A stretch of DNA of 64,000 nt, taken from positions 22,709-86,708 of the IMG/VR virus record IMGVR_UViG_3300045131_002362; one strand, written 5' to 3'. This DNA comes from a virus. Position 1 is the first letter of the stretch; each line of letters begins with the position of its first letter. The notes beneath the pieces are model-generated. The model did no database searches. It saw nothing but the letters and a program-made list of their open reading frames with translations, and was not told where the DNA came from. The position numbers were made by a program, and so were the translations under genes. Below are positions 19,059 through 28,093 of this stretch, piece after piece.

Positions 19059-20009
19059 TCAGATGCTGTTGATGATGTCACGGAGAAGCCTCCTCTGATT
19101 TTCGGTGAACACAAGTTCGCCGCACTTGCCTTCCTTCTCGATGCGCTCCAGCCCGGCCTTGAACGTGTCGCCGTATTGGAAGCCACCCGCGAGGGCCTCG
19201 CTGAACTCGTCCTTCTTGTCCTCCCGGCCCTTGTCCGCGTCCGAGCGCTCCAGCTCAAACACGTCCTTCTCGCCGACGAAGACGTTCTCGACGCTCATGT
19301 CGTCGAACAGGACGCAGAAGCGCGGCTGCTGTTCCTTGTAGCGCACGTCGCTGCGTGTGAAGCAGCCGATGTTGTGGAACTCGACGCCGCCGACCGTCAC
19401 GTCGAACGCCTTGTGGTTGTCGCCCGAGAACACCATGTCGTAGCCGAGCGCCTTGTACTTCGCGGCTTCCACCGCCACATTGCCCTCCGTCTGGCCGGGA
19501 AACACGGGCGTGTTGTGCCACAGCGTCTTGTGCGTGACGAGGACCGACAACTTTGTGTCGTGACTCGGCTGCGGTATCACGTCGCCCCAGCCGGCGCCGT
19601 AAACAGAGACAGCTTTGTCAAGTTCGTAGGTTGAACCCGAGAAGTTCCTCATCGACGGTCCGGCCTCGTCGAACAGGGCATTCAGCGAGGTCATGCGGTC
19701 ATTCGCGTTATGGTGAAATCGGTCGTGCTGGCCAGGCACGACGTAGAGCCGCACATGCGGCCAGAAGTGCTCGCGCAGCACATCCCGCAGCGTCCACCAG
19801 TCGTTGAAGCTGCGGCTGATGTCGAACGTGTCGCCGGCCACGAAGCCGGGGATGCCGTGCTTACGCAGATATCCCGCGAACTTCACCAGCTTCGCGCCGA
19901 TCACCTCGTTGAACGGACACGTCTCGCGCCGGTACTCGGGCGTCCGCGTCATCCAGTGGATGTCGGCCGCGAAGGCCGCTATCGGTTTCTTGCTCATTCG
20001 GGCCTCCAT
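19059..20009 (-). CDS. SbcD/Mre11-like metallophosphoesterase nuclease
   Basis: ADIH, AGDTFD, PGQHD, VTH, SGDNH, NIG motifs. Confidence 0.88.
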   Translation of the reverse strand: MEARMSKKPIAAFAADIHWMTRTPEYRRETCPFNEVIGAKLVKFAGYLRKHGIPGFVAGDTFDISRSFNDWWTLRDVLREHFWPHVRLYVVPGQHDRFHHNANDRMTSLNALFDEAGPSMRNFSGSTYELDKAVSVYGAGWGDVIPQPSHDTKLSVLVTHKTLWHNTPVFPGQTEGNVAVEAAKYKALGYDMVFSGDNHKAFDVTVGGVEFHNIGCFTRSDVRYKEQQPRFCVLFDDMSVENVFVGEKDVFELERSDADKGREDKKDEFSEALAGGFQYGDTFKAGLERIEKEGKCGELVFTENQRRLLRDIINSI

Positions 20010-20314
20010 TCGGGATCAGACGTGAGTTCGGGCACCCGGATCTCACAGCGCGTCTTCTTATCCGCGTCGATCACGAGCAGCTTGCCGGAGATCTCCTTGG
20101 CGTACCGGACAACCGCGAGCGCCGGAGACGCCCCGTTTCCGTGTTCGCCGCAAAGGATGCGACCGTCCTTCGTCTCGGCGCCTTTGAAACTGGCGTAATA
20201 GCGCATCATCGGATCAGGATGATTTTCGCGCTCGACCACGCGCATCGTAAGTCCGTGCTTTTCGGCAAAGGCTTGCAGCGTCATGCGCTCGGCCCGCTTT
20301 ATTTCGATCTTCAC
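19994..20314 (-). CDS. hypothetical phage protein
   Basis: ORF track; start overlaps the upstream stop. Confidence 0.6.
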   Translation of the reverse strand: MKIEIKRAERMTLQAFAEKHGLTMRVVERENHPDPMMRYYASFKGAETKDGRILCGEHGNGASPALAVVRYAKEISGKLLVIDADKKTRCEIRVPELTSDPEWRPE

Positions 20315-20571
20315 GCCCGCACCCCCACGGCAGCCTCGACGGCCAATACCGCCGCCTCGGCTTTACGATTGGCCTCCTCGGCCTCGGCGGTGAGCCGCAC
20401 GGCCTCGGCGCGCTTCTCCTCGACCTTGGCGCTCAGCTCCTCGACAGTCGAGCAGCCGTATTTCTCCTTCGCCTCCAGAAGCAGCGCCGCGCGCTTCTCG
20501 TTGTTCTGCCGGTTGCGCTCGCTGGCCACCGCCAGCCTCTGTTGCAGCTCGTTCAGGTTCGCCATAGTCAT
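20311..20571 (-). CDS. short coiled-coil protein (candidate middle piece of split SbcC)
   Basis: MTMANLNELQQRL... is entirely heptad-like; start overlaps the stop of the SbcC N-half. Confidence 0.55.
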   Translation of the reverse strand: MTMANLNELQQRLAVASERNRQNNEKRAALLLEAKEKYGCSTVEELSAKVEEKRAEAVRLTAEAEEANRKAEAAVLAVEAAVGVRA

Positions 20572-21950
20572 TCTCCCTTGTTCGCGTGCCAGTGCTTTTG
20601 TTCGGCTCCGCATTCGGGGCACACCGGATGCAGTCGCTTGTATTCCTCGATCTCCTCGCTCAGCGCGGCGACCGCGCTCCCCAAGAAAATCCTGTCGACC
20701 TCTGTTTTGCCGATCGATAAAACGAGCGCTTCCATCCCGGCCAACTCTTGCGCACAAAACTCAAGATCGCATGTTTCGTTCTTGGCGGAAAGGCATCTCC
20801 AGTCGGCCTCTCGGATGCCCACGGATTCGTCATGGCTGACGCGAAGCAAAGCCAGGTGCAGGTTCTCCATCTCGAAGATCTCGGACTCGGACATCTCTCG
20901 CTTCTCGCGCGCCGCCTGCGCCTGCGTCAGCATCAGCGCCGCCCTGCGTGGCGCGATGCCCGCGTCTCGCGGCAGCGCCGTCAGCCCGGCCAGTGTAGCA
21001 GCCATGCGGCCCAGCACGGCCTGCTCGCCGTCGCGCAGTACGACCGCCATATCCAGATCGACCATCGTGTCCTTGGCCCGCAGCGTGTCCGCTTTAGCCG
21101 GCAGCCGCGCCAGCTCGTCGGCGATGCGCGACAGGTCGGCTCTCTCAGCAACCGACGCCTCGCTCGCCTTTGCGGCACGCGAAGCGACTACGACTGCGCA
21201 ACTGGCAAAATCGACAGCCTCCCTGTGATCCGGAAGCACCTCGACCAGCCTATCACGGATAGAGACGAGCATGCCTACCAGCTCCTGCGCGTCCACAGCC
21301 GCCGACTCGGCGTATTCCGCGTCGATGACGGCCTCGGTCGCCGCGTCCAGCCCGGCGTACTTCGCGCCTGCCGCCTCCTCGCGCTCGATCTCCGCTTGCG
21401 CAAGACGCAGCTTCTCGTCGTTCGCGTTCTTACGCGTCCGCACCTCAGCAAGCGCCGCGTCGATCTGCACGAGGCCCACGGCCTTCGAGAGAACCTCCGC
21501 GACGCGCCCGTCCGTCTCGCAAAGCAGGAAGTTGCCAGTTGAGGCCGGTGGCCGCGCGCCCTGCAACTGGATGGCGTGAGGCGACAGGCGCAGCAGCGTG
21601 GCGACCTCCTCGGGCACCTCTCGGCCGATCGCGTTCAGCGGTTGGCCGTCGATCTCATACTCGTTCTTGCTCTTGCCGCGTCGGCGCACGATGCTGTGTT
21701 CCTTGCCATCGTCGCCCTCGATCAGCACGTCGACCTCGCTGCACGCGCCGCGCTTGGCTCCGTGACGCAGCAGGTCGATGCCTGCCGGAAGGTTGCGGAA
21801 GTGCTGATTCAAGCCGCGCACAATGGCGCTCTTGCCGCTTTCGCTTACGCCCGTGAACACGGTCAGCCGCTCGGCGAAGTCGAACCGGCTGTCGACATGA
21901 CTCAGCACATCCGTGAATCTAGCACTTTTAAGTTTCATTCGTTTTCTCAC
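20568..21950 (-). CDS. SbcC/Rad50-like ABC ATPase, N-terminal half ending at the zinc hook
   Basis: SHVDSRFDF, Walker A GVSESGKS, Q-loop IQLQ, long coiled coil, terminal CPECG. Confidence 0.85.
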   Translation of the reverse strand: MRKRMKLKSARFTDVLSHVDSRFDFAERLTVFTGVSESGKSAIVRGLNQHFRNLPAGIDLLRHGAKRGACSEVDVLIEGDDGKEHSIVRRRGKSKNEYEIDGQPLNAIGREVPEEVATLLRLSPHAIQLQGARPPASTGNFLLCETDGRVAEVLSKAVGLVQIDAALAEVRTRKNANDEKLRLAQAEIEREEAAGAKYAGLDAATEAVIDAEYAESAAVDAQELVGMLVSIRDRLVEVLPDHREAVDFASCAVVVASRAAKASEASVAERADLSRIADELARLPAKADTLRAKDTMVDLDMAVVLRDGEQAVLGRMAATLAGLTALPRDAGIAPRRAALMLTQAQAAREKREMSESEIFEMENLHLALLRVSHDESVGIREADWRCLSAKNETCDLEFCAQELAGMEALVLSIGKTEVDRIFLGSAVAALSEEIEEYKRLHPVCPECGAEQKHWHANKGE

Positions 21951-22349
21951 TTTTCAAGGCGCGACGCTCGTCAGCCAACCGCCCGATTGTCTTGACGAAG
22001 ATTGCGCCCTGATGCTTGTTGAGCCAATATTGAAGCTGCGCCAGTTCTTCAACGGAGCAGTCGTCCAGATCCTTTGTTGAGATCTCGCTCAGCTCACGAA
22101 TCGCAGCGTGAACATTCGCCGTCATGCCCCGTGCTCCTTTTTTGTAAACAAAACGTACTGCGGAGAACCGCTGTCTTCGCCGCTTACGGCCCGCCCGTCT
22201 CGCACTTCAAAGTGCGACTCTTTCGGAATCGTGAACCCGGCATCGGTCAGTCGGTCGATCACTCTTTCAATAGCACATTGAGCATCGGCAGCTTCTATAT
22301 CGGCAAAGATGTTCAATGGTGTGATCCTGTGCATGCCCATTACAAAACC

Positions 22350-23417
22350 TCACTTTTTATTGTAAGCACAGACGGGCACGGCGCCCTCCGCACGGGGCAG
22401 AGTCACGTCGGCGAACGAGGGCCACGCGGAGCGCGGCACGCCGTTCGAGTCCATGAGCGCCGCCATATCCTCCGGAACGCCCGGCTTGGGCCACGCCTTC
22501 GCCGACAGCAGCAGGGGCGGCATCGACGGTTCGCCATCGTAAGGCAACCGCACCAGCCGCAGGTTGCGCCGCAGGATCTCTGCGCCTGCATCGCTGTTGA
22601 GCGCCGCGCGGGCCTTCGGAACGCTAACGTTGAACGACCGGTTGGCCAGAAACTCGGCGACCGTCTTCTCACCGCATCCCGGAACGTTGCCAACGTTGTC
22701 GCTCTTGCACCCGCCCACGCACTTCGCGGCCACCACATCGGCGATCGCGATCTTCGTGTGCTTCTCGATATCATCCGCGTCGCACAGAACGCCCGTCGTC
22801 ACATCCGCCCACTTCACGCCCTCCAGCACTACCTGGTGCAGGTCGTGGTCGTTCGACACGATCACGACGGGCTTGTCGTACTTCGGCTTTCCGTCGACGT
22901 GGCCGTCTGTCTGCTGCTTCAGGCCGAGCACGAACGACGCGATCACGTCGTCGCTCTCGTAGCCGTGAACGCAATATCCCTGCACGTTGTAGCCTGGAGC
23001 GTACACGCAGCGCAGCAGCCGCTTGATCTCCTCCTTGCAGCCTACAACGCGCTCCTCCTTCTCCGTCTTCTTCTGCGTGCCCCTGTTGCCCTTGTAATCG
23101 GCGTACAACTGCTCGCGCCGAAGGCTGCGGCTGCTGTCAAACGCCATGACCGGAGCGCACGCGAAATTGCGGCACGCCTCGGCAACGTCCAGCATCACAT
23201 CGGCGGCGACGGCGTGGGCGATGCGCCCAGTGTCCGCACCGCAGCGCTTGCAGTAGTCGTCAGCCTTCGCCCACATGAGCCTGTACATCAGACACGATGT
23301 GTCGAAGAAGGCCGGGCGGACGCGCGCCTCCCGAAGGACACGCGCATTCGCCTCGCCAGCGCCGCCGTCCGCATAAGACGGGCGTGGCGCTAGGATCTCG
23401 TCGATCACGGGGGTCAC
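22350..23417 (-). CDS. 5'-3' exonuclease / flap endonuclease (T4 RNase H/T5 D15 type)
   Basis: AFDS, YADYKGNR, YESDDVIAS, SNDHDL, KSDNVGNVPGCGEKT (H3TH motif). Confidence 0.9.
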   Translation of the reverse strand: MTPVIDEILAPRPSYADGGAGEANARVLREARVRPAFFDTSCLMYRLMWAKADDYCKRCGADTGRIAHAVAADVMLDVAEACRNFACAPVMAFDSSRSLRREQLYADYKGNRGTQKKTEKEERVVGCKEEIKRLLRCVYAPGYNVQGYCVHGYESDDVIASFVLGLKQQTDGHVDGKPKYDKPVVIVSNDHDLHQVVLEGVKWADVTTGVLCDADDIEKHTKIAIADVVAAKCVGGCKSDNVGNVPGCGEKTVAEFLANRSFNVSVPKARAALNSDAGAEILRRNLRLVRLPYDGEPSMPPLLLSAKAWPKPGVPEDMAALMDSNGVPRSAWPSFADVTLPRAEGAVPVCAYNKK

Positions 23418-23704
23418 GCCAGCCGCCCGGCAGGTTTTTCCGCCGCTCCCTTGCGCCCTTCGGCGATGTATCCCTTATCGAAGTCCGGCGCGGGCATGAC
23501 TGGCATCTTGCTCGTGACATAAAGGCGCGTGATGTCGAACCACTTGCCGTCCTCCAGCTTCCCGTCGGCGTTCGCCTTCGGTGTGACGACGGCCTGCACA
23601 CAGCCGTACAGGTCGAAGGACACGCAGGATACGACACCTGCAAACCCTGTGACGCGATCGGAAACCGTGAGGCCGAGCATCTTCATGTGAGTTTTGACGT
23701 TCAT
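23414..23704 (-). CDS. conserved-type hypothetical phage protein
   Basis: LGLTVSDRVTGFAGVV...LYGC...WFDITRL; GGAG RBS. Confidence 0.65.
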   Translation of the reverse strand: MNVKTHMKMLGLTVSDRVTGFAGVVSCVSFDLYGCVQAVVTPKANADGKLEDGKWFDITRLYVTSKMPVMPAPDFDKGYIAEGRKGAAEKPAGRLA

Positions 23705-23730
23705 GTTCTCTCCTTTTTGTTGTTTTGTGA

Positions 23731-24879
23731 CTACTGTGCTGTCGCCGCATCGGCAGGTTTCGGGATCGTCATCTGCCCAGCGACAACGATCGTGGACTGC
23801 GTACGGCAGATGCCAACAGACACCTCGCCGTCGGCCGTCATTGTGAAGTCGCCGCCCAGCTTGGCGAAGCGCGATACTATCGGAAGAGAGAATCGTACCT
23901 CATCGCCAGGCGGAAGCTCGACAGACGCATCGAACTCGGCGACCGGCTGTCCTCCGGACATCATCGCCACGCCAACCGAAGAGAACGTCAAAACGCCGCC
24001 GAACGAGTCGTTCGCCCCGAGGCCAAGAGCAGTGATGTCCTCCTCTAACTTACGAAGCGGAGCGGCAGCCATGAGTGTAACCGACTCCCTGCTGGCATTG
24101 TGCATCACGACGCGAAGCAGATTCGGGCGTTCCGCCGCAGAGATCTTCTCGACGAAGGTCGTTCCGTCCGAGAGCCTGAACGTGTGGAACGTAGCGCCGG
24201 CATCGTTGATCTCCCGGACGTACCCTGTGATGTCGAACATATTCACGAGCGACGGGTCGAAGCTGAACATCTCAGGAAGCGACGGGACCTTGTGCATAAT
24301 CGCGCTCTTGCTGTCCGTAGAACCCAACCATCCGCCGTCGTCTGCCAAAAAGGCGTACACGCGCCTCAACGTGGGGCGGTTGTCATCGCGCTTTGTGAAC
24401 TCGATTAGCAGCTTGCCGATGTCCTTGGACACATGCTCGCCCAGCGAGAACTCTAGGATACCTTGCGGAGCCTGCGGCGAAGGCATCTCGTTAGACTCGA
24501 ACGTGGCCGAGTGGATCGTCGTTCCTTTACCCTTGACGTGCAGGGCGTGCGTCAGGGGGTCGATCCAGGCCGTGCCCGTGCCGTCCTCCGGCAGCCGCAC
24601 GTTGGCGTAGGCCCGCAGCGCCTTGGCAGCGTTTGCGCCGCCGAACGCATTGTCGAACGGGAAGCACGCGCCCTTGGGGAACATGGACAGAACAGTGTCT
24701 ACCCACTCCTTATCGGCGTCGTAGAACACGTTGACGCTGCCTCCGCTCTTCGGCAAGATTCCGTACACGCAGCCGTTCGCTGCGAACACGATCGACGTGC
24801 CGCGCTTCATCGCCAGCTTGGCTGTCCGCGCCATCCACTCGGGATTGAGCGTCTTCTTCTCTTTCCTGATAATCTTCAC
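23731..24879 (-). CDS. divergent DNA sliding clamp (beta-clamp-like)
   Basis: 382 aa; FTKRDDNRPTLRRVY and STDSKS resemble the beta-clamp D.SRP.L.G and ATDG motifs; clamp loader is present in the same arm. Confidence 0.55.
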   Translation of the reverse strand: MKIIRKEKKTLNPEWMARTAKLAMKRGTSIVFAANGCVYGILPKSGGSVNVFYDADKEWVDTVLSMFPKGACFPFDNAFGGANAAKALRAYANVRLPEDGTGTAWIDPLTHALHVKGKGTTIHSATFESNEMPSPQAPQGILEFSLGEHVSKDIGKLLIEFTKRDDNRPTLRRVYAFLADDGGWLGSTDSKSAIMHKVPSLPEMFSFDPSLVNMFDITGYVREINDAGATFHTFRLSDGTTFVEKISAAERPNLLRVVMHNASRESVTLMAAAPLRKLEEDITALGLGANDSFGGVLTFSSVGVAMMSGGQPVAEFDASVELPPGDEVRFSLPIVSRFAKLGGDFTMTADGEVSVGICRTQSTIVVAGQMTIPKPADAATAQ

Positions 24880-24911
24880 TCTGTCTCTCCTTTATTGACC
24901 CATTCTTCAAA

Positions 24912-24943
24912 CATTATATCCGAACACGATCGCTTCCCGCGCC
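24912..24943 (-). promoter_or_regulatory. putative phage middle promoter, copy 3
   Basis: GGCGCGGGAA-N9-TTCGGATATAATG. Confidence 0.75.
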
Positions 24944-25124
24944 GGATTTGTCGACGATTCGGAGCGCCCCGTCATGGCAGCGCTCCGCTCAGCACAGCGA
25001 GCATGATGAGCACGAGCGCCCACACAATCGCTGTGAACAGATACAGTAGGGCAATCCTGACGCATCTCGCCCTATCGCTTAGTTTGTGATTGTGGCTCGG
25101 ATTCACGATTGGTCTCCTTTTCGT

Positions 25125-25367
25125 CTAGCGTTCGGCTTGCCAGTTCATCTCCACACGTTTCAGCATGGCCTCTCCATCGATACCTTCCCTGTCGCACAGG
25201 TGCAGCAGATCGGCCATCAGATCCCCGATGCCGGCTTCGAGCGTATCGTTGGAAAGGTCGTACGCGCAGCCTTCCGCGCACATGGTTCGCTCTGCATTTT
25301 CAGCCCGGGTGCCGTTGCTGGAACAGCCGGGCTCGTGTTTGTCAGGTTTGAACTTGAATTTTGGCAT
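25125..25367 (-). CDS. small helical protein, paralog of the C-terminal half of 31729-32205
   Basis: Shared NG.RA..AE and DLMADLLH.CDR..I.G...W.AER. Confidence 0.65.
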   Translation of the reverse strand: MPKFKFKPDKHEPGCSSNGTRAENAERTMCAEGCAYDLSNDTLEAGIGDLMADLLHLCDREGIDGEAMLKRVEMNWQAER

Positions 25368-25390
25368 TGTGTCGATTCCTTTGTTGTTGG

Positions 25391-26344
25391 TTAAAGCTCT
25401 GGTTTGTAAAAAGCACCTTTCGCGATATTCTCTGCTGCCCACAGGGGCTGAAGATTGCTGTAATGGAAGCACATCAACTGCTGTTGACGCTCCGACAGGT
25501 TAAACGACGCACAGGGCCGGATGTGGTCGACGTGCCAGCCGTTGATTCCGTAGTTGTCCCAAGACATACCCGGCTTCCAAAGGGACTCCAAATGAAGTCT
25601 TAGATAGTTGGCCGAACAACCTAGCATAACGAGCGTGCATTCCGACTTCTTTCGCCCATTCAGCGCACCCTTTAAGCGTCTACTTACCGATCGGATAAGC
25701 CTGTACCCAAAGTCCGTCTGTCGTTTGTTCTTTTTCCAAATACGTTTGTTTTTCCGCACATTTTCTTTTCGCTGTTCGGGTGTGAGGCTGCGGTCTATTT
25801 TGTACTTCGGTATATAAATTTTCTTTCTTGTTCGTTCGCAACCAAGAAATGTCCTCGTTTGATTTGTGCTACGACATTTGCTCGCCAAGGCCAAAATTGC
25901 CACGACATCTTCCGGAGAATAATCTTTGCGGTCTCGTGGTAATTTTCGGCAAAGTTTGCGTATCTTAATTGCAAAATGTTTGGATCGCGTTCCGCTGTTC
26001 AAAACAGCAGAGAGCAAACTTTGCTCGGGTAAAACTCGTGTCTCTTTTCTTCTCTTAGAACCGAGATTTTTAAACCCGAGCGTTTTTGAAACTTCTCTTG
26101 CGCATCTGCATTGAAAAGCCAATTCGTGAATCGCAGAGACCTTGGCGTTTTCGACGGTCAGGATTTCACCGCGAAGTTCTCCGCACAATACCGTGATCTT
26201 TTTCGCGAAGTTTTTGGATCGACTTCCGCTCCTGAGAGCAGCCTCAACTTCGGACAAAAGGAACGGACTCGCCCCGCCGGGTGATGTAGGGCCAGAAGAC
26301 AGGCACCCTCCGTCAGGGGAGTCCGAAATTGAAAGTTCGTTCAT
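25391..26344 (-). CDS. HNH/EndoVII-like endonuclease with two N-terminal repeat domains
   Basis: LGCS..YLRLHLE...GMSWDNYG..GWHVDHIRPCASF...CFHYSNLQPLWA.EN; AT-richer than flanks; start moved to ATG 26344 after AAGGAG. Confidence 0.85.
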   Translation of the reverse strand: MNELSISDSPDGGCLSSGPTSPGGASPFLLSEVEAALRSGSRSKNFAKKITVLCGELRGEILTVENAKVSAIHELAFQCRCAREVSKTLGFKNLGSKRRKETRVLPEQSLLSAVLNSGTRSKHFAIKIRKLCRKLPRDRKDYSPEDVVAILALASKCRSTNQTRTFLGCERTRKKIYIPKYKIDRSLTPEQRKENVRKNKRIWKKNKRQTDFGYRLIRSVSRRLKGALNGRKKSECTLVMLGCSANYLRLHLESLWKPGMSWDNYGINGWHVDHIRPCASFNLSERQQQLMCFHYSNLQPLWAAENIAKGAFYKPEL

Positions 26345-26468
26345 GAGCGTCTCCTTGTTTTTGCCCGACATCACTCGGGGAAAGTCGTTAATCGACCGTC
26401 GATGCAATGGTACAAGGATTCGTTGCGCTTGTCAACCGCCGAGTTTGCAACTTCAAACTTTCTACCGG

Positions 26469-26686
26469 TGTCACAAGAACACCGTCACATTTATACGTAA
26501 GTCGTTGATGTTGTGGTGGTTGTGTTAAGACAGAGGTTGCGAAAAGCACCGTCACAATTGTCACAAGCCGAACGTGATCCCTGTGACAGTATTGGGACGG
26601 TAAACGTCGATTGTCATAGCACTGTCACAAGTCTAAATAAGGCTATATCAAGCACTTATGTATTTGTGACAGTGTTTTGTGACGGT
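26469..26686. repeat. intergenic cluster of GTCACA/TGTGAC motifs (origin/iteron candidate)
   Basis: About 8 copies in both orientations near 26470, 26484, 26551, 26560, 26582, 26624, 26665 and 26678 in an AT-richer non-coding stretch. Confidence 0.6.
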
Positions 26687-26738
26687 CGCTTAATGTTTCA
26701 TGTGAGGGGATGTATACACTCGTATGCACCTGTATACA

Positions 26739-27245
26739 CTAGGACGCACATTCCCGTTCGTGTTTCCGCAAAGCGTCGACGAGTGTGCGCTTCGCCAGCT
26801 CGTACTTGTGCTCGCCGCCCACCTCGTTCAGGAATGCCGCCTTGACCCTGCGCCGAAGCTCCTTCAGATTCGGCCTGTACCAGACGCCGCGATCCACATC
26901 CTCGAAGCGCTCGGCCTCGCGCTGCGCGATCCTGGCCAGCCTTCGTGCCAATGGCCGCAGCCCCGACAAGAACGCCTGCCAGTCGACCTCCTCGCAGGGC
27001 GAGTCGAACACGGCGAGCGTGAGCGCAGCGCCGGACGACTCGTCATCGATGCTCGTGCAGAAGCGCCGCGCCATCCTGCGCCGCTTGTCCTCGATGTTCA
27101 GCAGATCCCGCAGCGCAATCGTCCACGCGAGCCTTGCCCCGCGCCCGGCTGCCAGAAACTCGGCGATCGCGATCTGCTGCATCACCTCCGCAGAACTCAG
27201 GTTCGGGAACCTGTGCAACAACTGGTTGATGTGTCCCTTGTCCAT
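26739..27245 (-). CDS. hypothetical protein, possibly a transcription factor
   Basis: GAGGAGG RBS; helical and Arg-rich; function is inference. Confidence 0.5.
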   Translation of the reverse strand: MDKGHINQLLHRFPNLSSAEVMQQIAIAEFLAAGRGARLAWTIALRDLLNIEDKRRRMARRFCTSIDDESSGAALTLAVFDSPCEEVDWQAFLSGLRPLARRLARIAQREAERFEDVDRGVWYRPNLKELRRRVKAAFLNEVGGEHKYELAKRTLVDALRKHERECAS

Positions 27246-27254
27246 AACGCCTCC

Positions 27255-27518
27255 TCACAGTCCAAGAACGGCTCGTGCCTCGTCGACCAAAGCGCGATCC
27301 TCGTCGTTGTTTGAACAATCTACGTACTGCTCGGCCAGCCTAGCCATGTCTGAGAGGGCGCAGCTCAGATCGTCGATGCGCTTGTCGCGCCACGCCAGCT
27401 CGCAGGCGATGTCGCTCTTCTCGTGTAGCCCTTCAGCCGTCATCGCTTGGACGTGCTTGAAGTAGTACCCGCCCTCGCGGTCCAGCTCCATAGGGTCGTT
27501 GTGCCCGTAGTGTTTCAC
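27255..27518 (-). CDS. hypothetical phage protein
   Basis: GTG start after GGAGG; YYFKHVQAMTAEGLHEKSDIACELAWRD. Confidence 0.6.
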   Translation of the reverse strand: MKHYGHNDPMELDREGGYYFKHVQAMTAEGLHEKSDIACELAWRDKRIDDLSCALSDMARLAEQYVDCSNNDEDRALVDEARAVLGL

Positions 27519-27811
27519 GTCTCTACCTCCTTCGTCGCGGCCAGGCGTTCCCGACCCCGTGTCTCCAGAAAGGCGAGCACGCTCTCGTTGTTGCCCGCGC
27601 TCGTGTCGCAGACGGTCTCCATCTTGAGCATGAGCATCGCGTCTGTTGCGCTGATCGCCACAGAGGTTCCGCTTTTGCAGATTCTGCGCGCCTCGTCCTC
27701 GTTGTAAAAACCGGCCTTCTTGAAGTCGCGGGTGTAACCGGTGCTGTCCGGACGCCACCACATCACATCGCCCTGCGTGCGCTTCTTGGACCAGATAAGA
27801 TACTGCTGCAT
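27515..27811 (-). CDS. hypothetical phage protein
   Basis: YLIWS...WWRPDSTGYTRDFKKAGFY; GGAG RBS. Confidence 0.6.
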   Translation of the reverse strand: MQQYLIWSKKRTQGDVMWWRPDSTGYTRDFKKAGFYNEDEARRICKSGTSVAISATDAMLMLKMETVCDTSAGNNESVLAFLETRGRERLAATKEVET

Positions 27812-28093
27812 ATTCTCTCCTATTCCGGGATAAGCCAGGCTTTTGCCAGCTCCCATGTTATGACAGTGAAATCGAGTTCCGGCTCGGACACGACGCAGAA
27901 GTCGATCCAGTCGTAGCCCATCATCACCCATTCGTGATTCAGGCTCGCACTCTTTTTAAGTCTGTACCATTCGTGATCCATTCCCTGAACACGAATGTCA
28001 GATCCAACGAGGTGCAAGCCTTTTATCGGAAACAGCAGCCCCTTGCCGGAACTCAGCTCAAAGAACTCTCCGTACACAAAAGTCTCCCATCTG

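Noticed and set aside
823-24610. Long plus-strand ORFs (e.g. 823-1671, 11990-13018, 22074-23393, 23297-24610)
   Set aside because: They are antisense shadows of well-supported minus-strand genes in GC-rich DNA and show no motifs.
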